From NCBI GenBank assembly GCA_902531175.1, contig CACADE010000004.1, forward strand, positions 1,106 through 65,105: a DNA stretch of 64,000 nt, read 5' to 3'. This document shows, in pieces, positions 1 through 9,858 of the stretch. The position numbers and the translations under genes are program-made. Numbering within the stretch: the stretch's first letter is position 1; every line of letters starts with the position of its first letter. The notes beneath the pieces were generated by a model, which saw only the letters and a program-made list of their open reading frames with translations, was not told the origin of the DNA and ran no database searches. The stretch is from an uncultured Pelagibacteraceae bacterium. GTDB lineage: Bacteria > Pseudomonadota > Alphaproteobacteria > Pelagibacterales > Pelagibacteraceae.

Positions 1-2
1 CA

Positions 3-701
3 AGTAATATCATAGACGCATGCATAAAAAATAATGTAAAAAAAATTGTTTGTTTAAGCACTGATAAAGCAGTTTACCCTATAAATGCAATGGGAATGTC
101 CAAGGCACTAATGGAAAAAATTGCAATTGCTAAATCAAGAAATTTAACAAAAAATCAAACTCAAATTACTATTACAAGATATGGAAACGTTTTACTTTCT
201 AGAGGTTCAGTGCTTCCATTGTTCATAAATAAAATTATTAATAATGAAAGTCTTACAGTTACAGATCCTAGTATGACAAGATTTTTGATGAATTTAGATC
301 AAGCTATAGATTTAGTTTTTTTTGCAATAATGTATGGAAAAAATGGTCAAACTATTGTGCCTCAAACATCAGCTACAACAATAGAAACTTTAACTAAAGC
401 ATTATTAAAAATTTATGAAAAAAAAAATTACAAAATTAATATTATAGGTACTAGGCATGGTGAGAAAAAACATGAAACATTGATGAGTAGGGAAGAGAGA
501 TTTTTTGCGAAAAAAATAAAAGATTTTTATATAATAAATTCTGATACTAGGGAGTTAAATTATGATTTATATTTTGAAAAGGGTAAAAAACAATTAAAAA
601 AGTTTCAAGATTATACTTCAGAAAATACAAATCAGCTTAACGTATCCCAAACTATAAATATGATTAAGCCTTTAATCAAAAATTTTGATATTGAAAAATG
701 A
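3..701 (+). CDS. fnlA: UDP-GlcNAc 4,6-dehydratase/5-epimerase (FnlA/WbjB/Cap5E type), 5'-truncated by window edge
   Basis: Frame open from base 3: ...VCLSTDKAVYPINAMGMSKALMEK, TRYGNVLLSRGSV, GTRHGEKKHETL, DYTSENT C-terminal motif. Confidence 0.8.
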   Translation, partial: SNIIDACIKNNVKKIVCLSTDKAVYPINAMGMSKALMEKIAIAKSRNLTKNQTQITITRYGNVLLSRGSVLPLFINKIINNESLTVTDPSMTRFLMNLDQAIDLVFFAIMYGKNGQTIVPQTSATTIETLTKALLKIYEKKNYKINIIGTRHGEKKHETLMSREERFFAKKIKDFYIINSDTRELNYDLYFEKGKKQLKKFQDYTSENTNQLNVSQTINMIKPLIKNFDIEK

Positions 702-1816
702 AAATTAAAATCCTTACTTTATTGGGCACAAGACCTGAAATCATCAGACTTTCTAGAATAATAAATAAATTTGATAGTTTATTTAATCATGTAATTGTAA
801 ATAGTAACCAGAATTTTGACAAAAACCTAAATTCTGTATTTTTTAAAAATTTAAAAATAAGAAAATCGGACTACAGTTTGAATTGCAAAAACAATAGACC
901 GGCTACATTTATTTCAGAGCTATGTAAGAAATTTGATGAAATATTGGATAAAGAAAAGCCTGATGCTGTTTTAATTTTAGGTGATACAAATACGGGATTA
1001 GCCACTATTTTTGCTAAGAAAAGAGCAATTCCAATATTTCATATTGAAGCCGGAAATAGATGTTATGATGCTAGAGTTCCTGAAGAAATAAATAGGAAAA
1101 TTATAGATAATCTTGCCGACGTTAATTTAACTTACAGTGAGGTTGCAAAACAAAATTTAATACGAGAGAATTTTCCTCCAGACCGTGTTATAAAAATTGG
1201 TAGTCCACTATTTGAGGTATTGAAATATTATAAGGACGATATAGAAAAATCTACAATACTAACTAAACTAAAACTCTCAAAAAAAAATTATTTTTTAATT
1301 AGTACTCATAGAGAAGAAAATTTAGATAACAAAAAAAATTATATGACTATTCTTAATACAATGAAATTTCTTTATAAAAAATTTAAATTACCAATTATTG
1401 TTACAACACACCCTAGATTGAGAAAAAAATTAAAACAAAACAAGGTATCAAAAAATAAAAATATTTTGTTTAGCGAACCATTTAATTATTTTGATTATAT
1501 CAAACTTCAAATTCATGCTAAACTCACAATTTCAGACAGTGGCAGTATTGTAGAAGAAGCTAATATTCTTAATTTTCCAGCTATAAACTTTAGAGAAACG
1601 ACTGAAAGACATGAAGGATTGGAGGAGGGATGTTGTTTGTTTTCAGGTATGAAATATGAATCTATATTAGGATCCATTAATTTGATATTAAAATCTGAAA
1701 ATTCAAAAATAAATAGAATTCATTCTGACTATTGTGTTGAAGGGCTCTCCAACAATGTTGCAAAAATAATTCAAAGTTATAAAGATTATATTAATACTAA
1801 AGTTTGGTTTAAATAA
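698..1816 (+). CDS. fnlC: UDP-2-acetamido-2,6-dideoxy-L-talose 2-epimerase (FnlC/WbjD; UDP-GlcNAc 2-epimerase family)
   Basis: GTRPEIIRLS, HIEAGNRCYD..VPEEINR, SDSGSIVEE, RETTERHEG motifs; ATGA overlap with fnlA. Confidence 0.8.
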   Translation: MKIKILTLLGTRPEIIRLSRIINKFDSLFNHVIVNSNQNFDKNLNSVFFKNLKIRKSDYSLNCKNNRPATFISELCKKFDEILDKEKPDAVLILGDTNTGLATIFAKKRAIPIFHIEAGNRCYDARVPEEINRKIIDNLADVNLTYSEVAKQNLIRENFPPDRVIKIGSPLFEVLKYYKDDIEKSTILTKLKLSKKNYFLISTHREENLDNKKNYMTILNTMKFLYKKFKLPIIVTTHPRLRKKLKQNKVSKNKNILFSEPFNYFDYIKLQIHAKLTISDSGSIVEEANILNFPAINFRETTERHEGLEEGCCLFSGMKYESILGSINLILKSENSKINRIHSDYCVEGLSNNVAKIIQSYKDYINTKVWFK

Positions 1817-1838
1817 TTTTATAACTTACTTTTAATTT

Positions 1839-3737
1839 ATGAAAATTCTAGTCGTATCCCAATATTTTTGGCCAGAATATTTTAGAGTAAATGACTTAGT
1901 TGAAGAACTGACAAATAATGGGATTGAAGTTGAAATTTTAACATCTTATCCAAATTATCCTGGTGGAAAAGTTTTCAAAGAATTTCGTGATAATCCAAAA
2001 AAATTTAAAAAATTTAATAATTGTAAAATATATCGTGTTCCACAAATAAGTAGGGGTAAAGGGACATTATCAAGATTAACTTTTAATTATATGAGTTTCC
2101 TTATTTGTTCATTATTTTTCTCTTTTTTTAAATTAAGAAAAAAAAATTATGATTATGTATTTACATTTGCAACATCACCAATAATTGTTGCATTAAGCAG
2201 TATATTTCTTTGTAAGTTTACCAAATCAAAACATATTCTTTGGGTTTTAGATTTGTGGCCGAATGTATTAAATGATTTAAACATATTTAAGGAAAATACT
2301 TTTATCTACAGATTGTTTGAAAAAATTGTTAAATTTATTTACAGTCGTACAGATATTATTCTTTGTCAGTCACTGACTTACAAAAAAAAAATAAGAAACA
2401 TCAGCAAGAGTTTTATTGACAAAACAGTTTATTTTCCATCATGGCCGGAATTACCTTCAAAAATCAAAAATTCTTCTAGTCATGATTATAAAAGTGAGGC
2501 AATTTCAAAAAAAAAGTTTAATTTATTGTTTACAGGTAACATTGGAGATGCTCAAAATTTTGGTTTAGTTTTAGAATTAGTAAAAGTTACTAAAGATAGA
2601 ATTAATTGGATAGTTGCTGGAGAAGGAAGGAGATTCAGTGTTTTACAAAACGAAAAAAAAGTCCATTCATTGGATAATTTAAAACTATTAGGATTACTAA
2701 AATTTGATGATTTGCAATATTATGTAAATAAATCAGACGCTCTTTTGATTAGTTTGAAACCAGGACAGTCATTTGATGCAACAATTCCTGGAAAATTTCA
2801 AACATATTTAAATTATAAAAAAAAAATATTTGGTCTGATAGGTGGAGAAGTCAAAGATATAATCAATAAATATAAAATTGGTTTTGCAACAAATTCACAA
2901 GATATATCCAAATTAAAAACCGATCTGATGAGGTTTCTATCTGATGATTTAGATAAAAAAGAATTTGAAAATAAAATAAATACATTAAATAAAATCTTTA
3001 ACAAACAGAGAAATATGAGCAAATTAGTAAATTATTTAAGTAAGATTATTTCATTTAAAAAGATTAATTTAAAGTTTTTAAACGACCCTAAAAAATTATT
3101 TTTTAAACAAAATTTTGTTTTATCTGCTTTTAATCTTGCATTCCTTGGTGCGTATGCGAAAGGTCAAATTGAAATAAACAAAAATTTTTTCATTTGGCCA
3201 GATGGCTATTATTTTAAAAAAATTTCAAAACTACATATAGATAAGTTACCTGGTAGAGAATTTTTAAATCAACTAACCATTCCTGAAGAAATAAAAGATA
3301 TTTATATTTTAGGAAATCTATCAAAAAGTGGAAAAATATATCTAGAAGAAAAATTTAAAAAAAAAATTAATCATGTACAATTACCATACGGTGAATTGGA
3401 TGATTTTAAGAAATTTATACCTATATTTAAAGAAAACGAAATTTGTTTCTTAACCTTACCCACCCCAAAGCAAGAAATTGTAGCTAATTATATACAAAAA
3501 AAACAAAAATTTTACAAAATATTCTGTTTTGGTGCTGCGATTAATATGGCATGTGGTTTTGAGAGACCTCTTCCAAAATATTTTGAAAAATTTTTTTTTG
3601 CAGAAACAATATGGAGATTACAATTTGAGACAAAGAGAAGAACTTTAAGATTACTTCAAAGTTTTAATAACTATCTTTATGGAAAAAGAAAAGGATATTT
3701 TAACAATATAACTTTTACAAATATTCATGAAGACTAA
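1839..3737 (+). CDS. Fused glycosyltransferase: N-terminal WbuB-like GT4 plus C-terminal WecB/TagA/CpsF (GT26)-like domain
   Basis: N-term VSQYFWPE..RVNDL, YPNYPGG, WVLDLWP, GNIGDAQ, IPGKFQTYL; C-term WPDG, KLPGREF, LPTPKQE, FGAAINMACG, ETIWRL. Confidence 0.75.
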   Translation: MKILVVSQYFWPEYFRVNDLVEELTNNGIEVEILTSYPNYPGGKVFKEFRDNPKKFKKFNNCKIYRVPQISRGKGTLSRLTFNYMSFLICSLFFSFFKLRKKNYDYVFTFATSPIIVALSSIFLCKFTKSKHILWVLDLWPNVLNDLNIFKENTFIYRLFEKIVKFIYSRTDIILCQSLTYKKKIRNISKSFIDKTVYFPSWPELPSKIKNSSSHDYKSEAISKKKFNLLFTGNIGDAQNFGLVLELVKVTKDRINWIVAGEGRRFSVLQNEKKVHSLDNLKLLGLLKFDDLQYYVNKSDALLISLKPGQSFDATIPGKFQTYLNYKKKIFGLIGGEVKDIINKYKIGFATNSQDISKLKTDLMRFLSDDLDKKEFENKINTLNKIFNKQRNMSKLVNYLSKIISFKKINLKFLNDPKKLFFKQNFVLSAFNLAFLGAYAKGQIEINKNFFIWPDGYYFKKISKLHIDKLPGREFLNQLTIPEEIKDIYILGNLSKSGKIYLEEKFKKKINHVQLPYGELDDFKKFIPIFKENEICFLTLPTPKQEIVANYIQKKQKFYKIFCFGAAINMACGFERPLPKYFEKFFFAETIWRLQFETKRRTLRLLQSFNNYLYGKRKGYFNNITFTNIHED

Positions 3738-4767
3738 AAAGAATATTTTTGTTTGGTGTAATGATTTTGAAAATTATACTGGAGAAGGCATACTTGCTAG
3801 GAATTTTATAAATAAAATATTTTCAAACTCTTCACATAAAATAAATATCAGAAGTAATAATGCAGAATATCTATATTATAATAGAAAAATCAAAACTATT
3901 AGATATTCGAAATATAAAAATAATTTTATAAATAAATATATAAAACTATTTTGGGGAATATTTCTTATTCGATTTCATAATTTTTATGGTTATAAAACTT
4001 TTTATATAAATTATTTACCTTTATGGAATTTTTTGATTTTTTTAATGTTGCCTAAAAATACTTATTTAGGTCCAATAACCGGAGGCACTCATATTGAAAA
4101 AGAAGATGGGATTAATTACATTGTCAGAAAGTACTTTTTTCCAATATTTTATAAGTTTAGTTCAAATATTATTAATAAAAAATACGATTTTTTGATGTTT
4201 TCAACTGAAATGCTAAGAAAATATTTAAACAAAGAGAATATAAAAAAATCTTTATTTAATTTAACTCTTATTTGTTTCGATAATAATAAAAAGCGAAAAA
4301 TTAAAGATATTGACTTTCTCATTTATTACAGAAAACATTCAAACAAATCTAATTATTTTCTAAAAAAAATCACACAAAAATTAAGTATTCAAAAAAAAGT
4401 ATTTGTAGCAGGCGATAAAATCAGTGGTAAGAATATTACAAACTTAGGAAATATTAATCGAGATAAATTATTTAAATATTTGGCAAGAACAAAATTTTCA
4501 GTAAGTAGTAGTGAAAACTTTTATTCACTTTTTGCACTTGATTGTATAGCAAATGATGTTCTCTTATTCATAAATAAAAAAAACTACTTAAATAAAAATT
4601 ATTTTCCTAGATATTCCCTCAGGACAATTAATTTTAATCATTTTAATCAAAGTTTTAAGCAATTAATAAGAGTAAAAAAAAAAAATAAAGCTGAAGAAAA
4701 AATTGAATTAATTAAAAAAAAAAAAGAATTAATAAAGAAGATAATTAGTCAAATTAAAATTAATTAA
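3727..4767 (+). CDS. Hypothetical protein, possibly a divergent GT-B glycosyltransferase
   Basis: 346-aa ORF overlapping upstream stop; C-terminal LGNINRDKLFKYL...SSENFYSLFALDC resembles the GT4 donor-binding segment. Confidence 0.45.
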   Translation: MKTKKNIFVWCNDFENYTGEGILARNFINKIFSNSSHKINIRSNNAEYLYYNRKIKTIRYSKYKNNFINKYIKLFWGIFLIRFHNFYGYKTFYINYLPLWNFLIFLMLPKNTYLGPITGGTHIEKEDGINYIVRKYFFPIFYKFSSNIINKKYDFLMFSTEMLRKYLNKENIKKSLFNLTLICFDNNKKRKIKDIDFLIYYRKHSNKSNYFLKKITQKLSIQKKVFVAGDKISGKNITNLGNINRDKLFKYLARTKFSVSSSENFYSLFALDCIANDVLLFINKKNYLNKNYFPRYSLRTINFNHFNQSFKQLIRVKKKNKAEEKIELIKKKKELIKKIISQIKIN

Positions 4768-5725
4768 TTTTTTTAATATAATAAGACGTAGGAGATGAGC
4801 TCTGATTTAAGTAAGGACAAATTTTTTTCATTTCTTTATAATTTTCTTTTTTTAAAAAATATAATGGTGCTAAAGTTTTATATTTTTTCTTATCCATCAA
4901 AATAGCTTCTAATAAAAATTGTTCATTCCAAAAAATGTTATGATTTACAACCCAGTCCTCAGGATAGGAAAATGGAGTAAAGATATCATGGATACAAATA
5001 TTAACATTTTTTTTTAAACTAGGTATAATTTCAAGATAAATTTTAAGTACATCTCCATATGGTTTAATTATGTGAGTTGAATCTATAAATAATAAATCAT
5101 TTTTTTCTAATGATCTAAATTTATCTAATTTAATGTCTTCAATTTTTTTTTTAATATGATTTATTTTCAACTTAGAAATAATTTTAATAATATTCGGGTC
5201 AATACAAGTTATTTCACATTGTCTAGTTTTGTCATTTTTTAATTTTGCCTGATAAGCTATTAAAGTAGAAAAACCAGATCCAATTTCAATTATTCGTTTT
5301 GGTTTTGTATGTCTAATGAATTGATACAAAAACTCTGCATCACCTTCAGAAAAAAAAGGATTTCTAATATTAAAATTATTATTTAAATTTTTCTTATTCA
5401 ATTTAAGATTTTTAATTTCGTTAGAATACCTTAGTTTATTTAAAATTTTAAAATCAGATTTTCTATAATTAAATATCTTGTCAATTTTTCTTTTCTTATT
5501 AAATTTGTGAATAATATGATCATGTATAAATTGAGGCTCGTAATAGTGGTTACGTATTGGATAAATTCCGATTTTCCTGATTAATTTTGTCGAAAGAGTT
5601 AAATTTTTTACTCCCAAAAGTTTATAGATTTTGAGAATTATTGCGCTAAAAAAAACAAAAACTAAAATAGATACATCAAATAATAATCTAGATTTAACTA
5701 TAGTTTTTTTTAATAATTGTTTCAT
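4760..5725 (-). CDS. Class I SAM-dependent methyltransferase (Methyltransf_24-like)
   Basis: DAEFLYQFIR..KPKRIIEIGSGFST, LFIDSTH, IHDIF.P..YP, WNEQFLLEA. Confidence 0.8.
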   Translation of the reverse strand: MKQLLKKTIVKSRLLFDVSILVFVFFSAIILKIYKLLGVKNLTLSTKLIRKIGIYPIRNHYYEPQFIHDHIIHKFNKKRKIDKIFNYRKSDFKILNKLRYSNEIKNLKLNKKNLNNNFNIRNPFFSEGDAEFLYQFIRHTKPKRIIEIGSGFSTLIAYQAKLKNDKTRQCEITCIDPNIIKIISKLKINHIKKKIEDIKLDKFRSLEKNDLLFIDSTHIIKPYGDVLKIYLEIIPSLKKNVNICIHDIFTPFSYPEDWVVNHNIFWNEQFLLEAILMDKKKYKTLAPLYFLKKENYKEMKKICPYLNQSSSPTSYYIKKIN

Positions 5726-7133
5726 GACTATTTAAATATAAAAAAGTAAATAAAAATAAAGCTAAATCGAAGTTATAAACAGCAAATGAATTTTCTATCA
5801 AAGTTCGTAAAATAATAAAAACATTTATTAAAAAACATGTTTTGTAAATAACCTCTCCTTTCTTACTAAACAATTTTTCAATAAAAACAATTTTTATATA
5901 TTTAAATATAATTATGAAGACTACCATTGCAAATAAAAATAAACCTAAAATGCCAGATGATATTAAAGAATAAAAATAGGAGCTTGATGCAGAGGTTTTT
6001 ATTAAATATCTATCTGCTTGAAAGCCATATCCAATGATTAATTTTTCTTTTGATAAATTAATTATTTTTTTCCAATCATTAACTCTTCCAGATGATGAAA
6101 AATCTTCTAAAATTCTAACTTTAAACTCTAAAGATCCATATGTATTTCTATGGTCTTCCCAATTTTGTTTAATTATTTTTTGTTCACATTCAGTAAACCC
6201 CCATTTCTTCTGACAGTTTTTATCACTAGGAATAATTTTATTTTCTTCAATTACAATTTCTTCTTTTGCTATGAATTTATTGTATGCTTTTAGAGCACCT
6301 TTTAATTTAGGGAAAATCATTTGGTAAGTTGAGCATAGTAAAATTAAAGTTATAAAAACTATAAGCTTTTTATAAATTTTATAATTTTTATCAAAAAAAC
6401 ACAAAAATAACCCTATTAGCAAAAATGCAATCAAAGAGCTTCTTGCTTGTGTTAGAAATAGTGAACCGCTAAGAAATAAAAGAATTAAAAATGAAAAGAC
6501 TTTATTTTTACAATTTAACAAAATAATACTATTACAAATTATTAATAATAATAATGTTCTAGCAATACCCGTAACTCTTGGAACTCCTTGTTCCATAAGT
6601 CTACTTTCTGGACTTACAAAATACGAATAATAAAAACTATTTGATTTATTTTTTATGACATCAATATACATATTTGTTAGTAATATAATTACAACTAAAG
6701 CAACAAATAACATTAGAATCACAAAAAAATATCTTAATTCATCTTTATTGAAAATCGAATTTATTGCGTAAAAGAATATTAAAATTAAAAAATAATTTAA
6801 CCAAAAATAAACTTGATCAAGCTCTTCTACCAAATCTCTATTAAGAACAAATGCAACTAATTGAATTAAAATATAAATAAAAAGTAAATTTAAAATATAA
6901 TTTTTTTTATGGAAAATACTTTTTGAAAAAAATAAAATTATAAATATTGATATAATATAAATACTGATAGATCTAATAAAATTTAGAAATACTGTAATGG
7001 ACAAATTTCCACTCTTACTAAAAAATATATCGTAAAATTTGTACATATCATTGTAATGAGAATTAAAATTAATTAAAACTCCAAACCACATTAATAAAAA
7101 CAAAAATAATTTGTTGTCATTTATAATTTTCAT
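5694..7133 (-). CDS. O-antigen ligase/polymerase (WaaL/Wzy_C)-like membrane protein
   Basis: About 12 hydrophobic segments; LTQARSSLIA, SSGRVNDW, IIGYGFQADR, SGILGL. Confidence 0.65.
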   Translation of the reverse strand: MKIINDNKLFLFLLMWFGVLINFNSHYNDMYKFYDIFFSKSGNLSITVFLNFIRSISIYIISIFIILFFSKSIFHKKNYILNLLFIYILIQLVAFVLNRDLVEELDQVYFWLNYFLILIFFYAINSIFNKDELRYFFVILMLFVALVVIILLTNMYIDVIKNKSNSFYYSYFVSPESRLMEQGVPRVTGIARTLLLLIICNSIILLNCKNKVFSFLILLFLSGSLFLTQARSSLIAFLLIGLFLCFFDKNYKIYKKLIVFITLILLCSTYQMIFPKLKGALKAYNKFIAKEEIVIEENKIIPSDKNCQKKWGFTECEQKIIKQNWEDHRNTYGSLEFKVRILEDFSSSGRVNDWKKIINLSKEKLIIGYGFQADRYLIKTSASSSYFYSLISSGILGLFLFAMVVFIIIFKYIKIVFIEKLFSKKGEVIYKTCFLINVFIILRTLIENSFAVYNFDLALFLFTFLYLNSHETIIKKNYS

Positions 7134-7225
7134 TTTATTAGATAATTATCAAAATTAATTTGCACTTATATATATAAATAAATACTACAAAGTTATAAAA
7201 TATATTATAATTATTAATATCTCAA

Positions 7226-8860
7226 ATGAACAAAAATTTACTTCTAAATATAAATTCTTATTTACTAATTTTATTGCCCGCATTTCTAGTAACTGGACCA
7301 TTATTACCAGAAATAGTGTTATTAATTACCTTTATAATTTTTTTAATACTTTGTTATTCTGAAAAAGAATTCAAATATTTTAATAATAATTTTTTTAAAA
7401 TTTTTTTATTATTCTACTTAATTATAAATTTATCGACTTTTCTAAATTTTAATTTACTTTCGCTGAAAAGTTCACTTTTTTACTTTAGATTCGGTTTTTT
7501 ATCTTTAGTCATTTGGCATTGTATTGACAAAAATCCTAAATTTATTAAATATTTTTTTACTTCTTTGATCATACTTTTGATAGCAATATTCCTAGATTCT
7601 TTAATTCAATTAATTTTCAAAAAAAATATTTTAAGTTTCCCAATTTCTCAAACTGGCAGAGTAAGTAGTTTTTTTGGAGACGAGTTAGTTCTAGGTAGCT
7701 TTTTAACTAGAATATTTCCTTTATTTGTTGCTTTGATATTTTTATTAAATATTTCAAATAAGAAATATATTTTACCAGTTGTTACAATTTTATTTTTAAT
7801 AAATATTTTTATTACTTCTTCGAGAACATCACTTGCCATGTTTATTTTTTTTGTGATAAGTTTTTTAATTTTTCTGAAAAATATTAGATTATTTGTCATC
7901 TTTTCATTAATAACCCTAATATTAGTATCTTTAACTTACTCCTTTAATAAAACGGGTTTTAACAGGTTATTTGTTCATACTTTTAATCAATTTTCTGAAA
8001 ATAATACAATTCAAATTCATAGTTTTAGGCATACTTTGCATTATTTGACTGCATGGAAAATTTTTAAAGAGAAGCCTTTATTAGGATATGGCCCTAAATC
8101 TTTTAGGTTAAATTGTTTTAAAAAACAATTTGTTCCTAATAAATATATACAGAACAATAATACTTTTTTTACAAATCAAACGGCTGAATTAAATATTTTA
8201 ATCCAAGGTATTAATTACGATGTTAATGGTAACGAAATAATTGAAAAATTTTATAACAATGAAGTCCTAAATTTTTTACCAATTCTAAATAATACTGAAA
8301 GTCAGAAAAAAGTTTATGACTTAACAGATAATTTCTTGTTATTTGATATTTATAAATTTAATGAAATCAATAAACTCTCTTCATCTGTGGTTACATTATA
8401 TATTAAAAATTTAAATTCAAATGAAGATAAGTTTATATTCAAGAATAAACAGAACGCAAAATTTTATCTTAATATTAATGCCATATCCACAAAAGAGAAC
8501 AAAATTTTAATTCAAAAAAATACAAAATATTTAGTAAATTATAGCGAATATTTTAATGGATGTAATACTCATCCACATAATTTTCACCTTCAAGTACTTT
8601 CTGAAACAGGATTAATAGGCTATTTTATTATTTTTAGTTTATTTATGTACATCGTATATGCTTTATTAATAAATTTATTTAAAATTAATTCTAAAACTTT
8701 AAATTTAAATAATCTTTCAGCACCATCAATTATTCTTTTAATTGGATATATGATTATTTTATTTCCTCTATTTCCATCTGGTAATTTCTTTAATAATTGG
8801 TTATCAATTTCAATATATCTTCCATCTGGTTTCCTGCTATCTGAATTATACAAAAAATGA
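7226..8860 (+). CDS. O-antigen ligase family protein with large loop insertion
   Basis: GRVSSFFGDELVLGSFL, ITSSRTS, AWKIF.EKPLLGYGPKSFR, THPHNFHLQVLSETGLIG, PSGNFFNNW. Confidence 0.8.
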   Translation: MNKNLLLNINSYLLILLPAFLVTGPLLPEIVLLITFIIFLILCYSEKEFKYFNNNFFKIFLLFYLIINLSTFLNFNLLSLKSSLFYFRFGFLSLVIWHCIDKNPKFIKYFFTSLIILLIAIFLDSLIQLIFKKNILSFPISQTGRVSSFFGDELVLGSFLTRIFPLFVALIFLLNISNKKYILPVVTILFLINIFITSSRTSLAMFIFFVISFLIFLKNIRLFVIFSLITLILVSLTYSFNKTGFNRLFVHTFNQFSENNTIQIHSFRHTLHYLTAWKIFKEKPLLGYGPKSFRLNCFKKQFVPNKYIQNNNTFFTNQTAELNILIQGINYDVNGNEIIEKFYNNEVLNFLPILNNTESQKKVYDLTDNFLLFDIYKFNEINKLSSSVVTLYIKNLNSNEDKFIFKNKQNAKFYLNINAISTKENKILIQKNTKYLVNYSEYFNGCNTHPHNFHLQVLSETGLIGYFIIFSLFMYIVYALLINLFKINSKTLNLNNLSAPSIILLIGYMIILFPLFPSGNFFNNWLSISIYLPSGFLLSELYKK

Positions 8861-9858
8861 ATACTGAATATATTATTTTTTTCACAATTTTATTTTTATT
8901 GAATATTTTTTTAGCATTTAATTTTGATAAATATTCCAACTTTTTTAAAATAGTGGACAAACCAGATGATTTAAGAAAGCTTCACAAAAAAGATACAAAA
9001 GTATTTGGTGGCACGATAATTTTATTAAATCTTTTGTTTACAATGATTTTTTTTTTAATTTTTGATTATGATTTAATTGATCAAATTTTTGATGATAAAA
9101 AAAAATTAATAATATTTGCTTTTACAGTTTTATTGATATTTTTAACAGGTATTTATGACGATTGGATTAATTTACCACCAATTAATAAAACGATAATTCT
9201 TATTTTAGTTTTGTCAATAAGTTTATATTTAGATAAAAATTTAATAACAGATATAAATATTTCTTTTTATAAAATTATATTTCTCAATAAGTTTGCAATA
9301 TTCTTTACAATATTTTGCTATTTAGTTTTTATGAATGCATTTAATATGCTCGATGGTATAAATCTTCAAACAGGATTCTACTCTATTTTTTTAACGATTT
9401 TTTTGATAATAAATGATTTAAATATAATTTTTGGAATAACATTATTAATTGCAATATTTACCTATTTAAAATTAAACTATCAAAATAAAATATTTTTGGG
9501 TGATAATGGTTCATTGTTGCTATCCTTCTTATTTTCATATCTTTTTATAAAATTATATAATCAAGGGAAAATTAATTACTCAGATGATATTCTTATTGTT
9601 CTTTTAATACCAGGATTAGAGGTTATTAGACTAACTTTAAAAAGAATTATATCTAATAAAAGTATATTACGCCCAGATAGAAATCATATCCATCATTTAA
9701 TAATCTTTAAAAACAAACCTCATATTGGTTTTCTTTTAATTCAATTTATTTTAATTTTTCCTTATTCAATAACTTATCTCATTCCCAATAATTTATATGT
9801 TATAATTTTATCAGTAATAGTTTATTCCTTTGTAATTTATCTTTTCTCAAAAAAATGA
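8857..9858 (+). CDS. wecA: Undecaprenyl-phosphate GlcNAc-1-phosphate transferase (WecA/MraY family)
   Basis: DKPDDLRKLH, GIYDDW, NAFNMLDGIN, IFLGDNGS, PDRNHIHH. Confidence 0.8.
   Translation: MNTEYIIFFTILFLLNIFLAFNFDKYSNFFKIVDKPDDLRKLHKKDTKVFGGTIILLNLLFTMIFFLIFDYDLIDQIFDDKKKLIIFAFTVLLIFLTGIYDDWINLPPINKTIILILVLSISLYLDKNLITDINISFYKIIFLNKFAIFFTIFCYLVFMNAFNMLDGINLQTGFYSIFLTIFLIINDLNIIFGITLLIAIFTYLKLNYQNKIFLGDNGSLLLSFLFSYLFIKLYNQGKINYSDDILIVLLIPGLEVIRLTLKRIISNKSILRPDRNHIHHLIIFKNKPHIGFLLIQFILIFPYSITYLIPNNLYVIILSVIVYSFVIYLFSKK

Noticed and set aside
4674-4725. Two A12 tracts as phase-variation switches
   Set aside because: They lie in the last ~30 codons of a Lys-rich tail, so slippage would barely alter the protein; expected in such AT-rich DNA.
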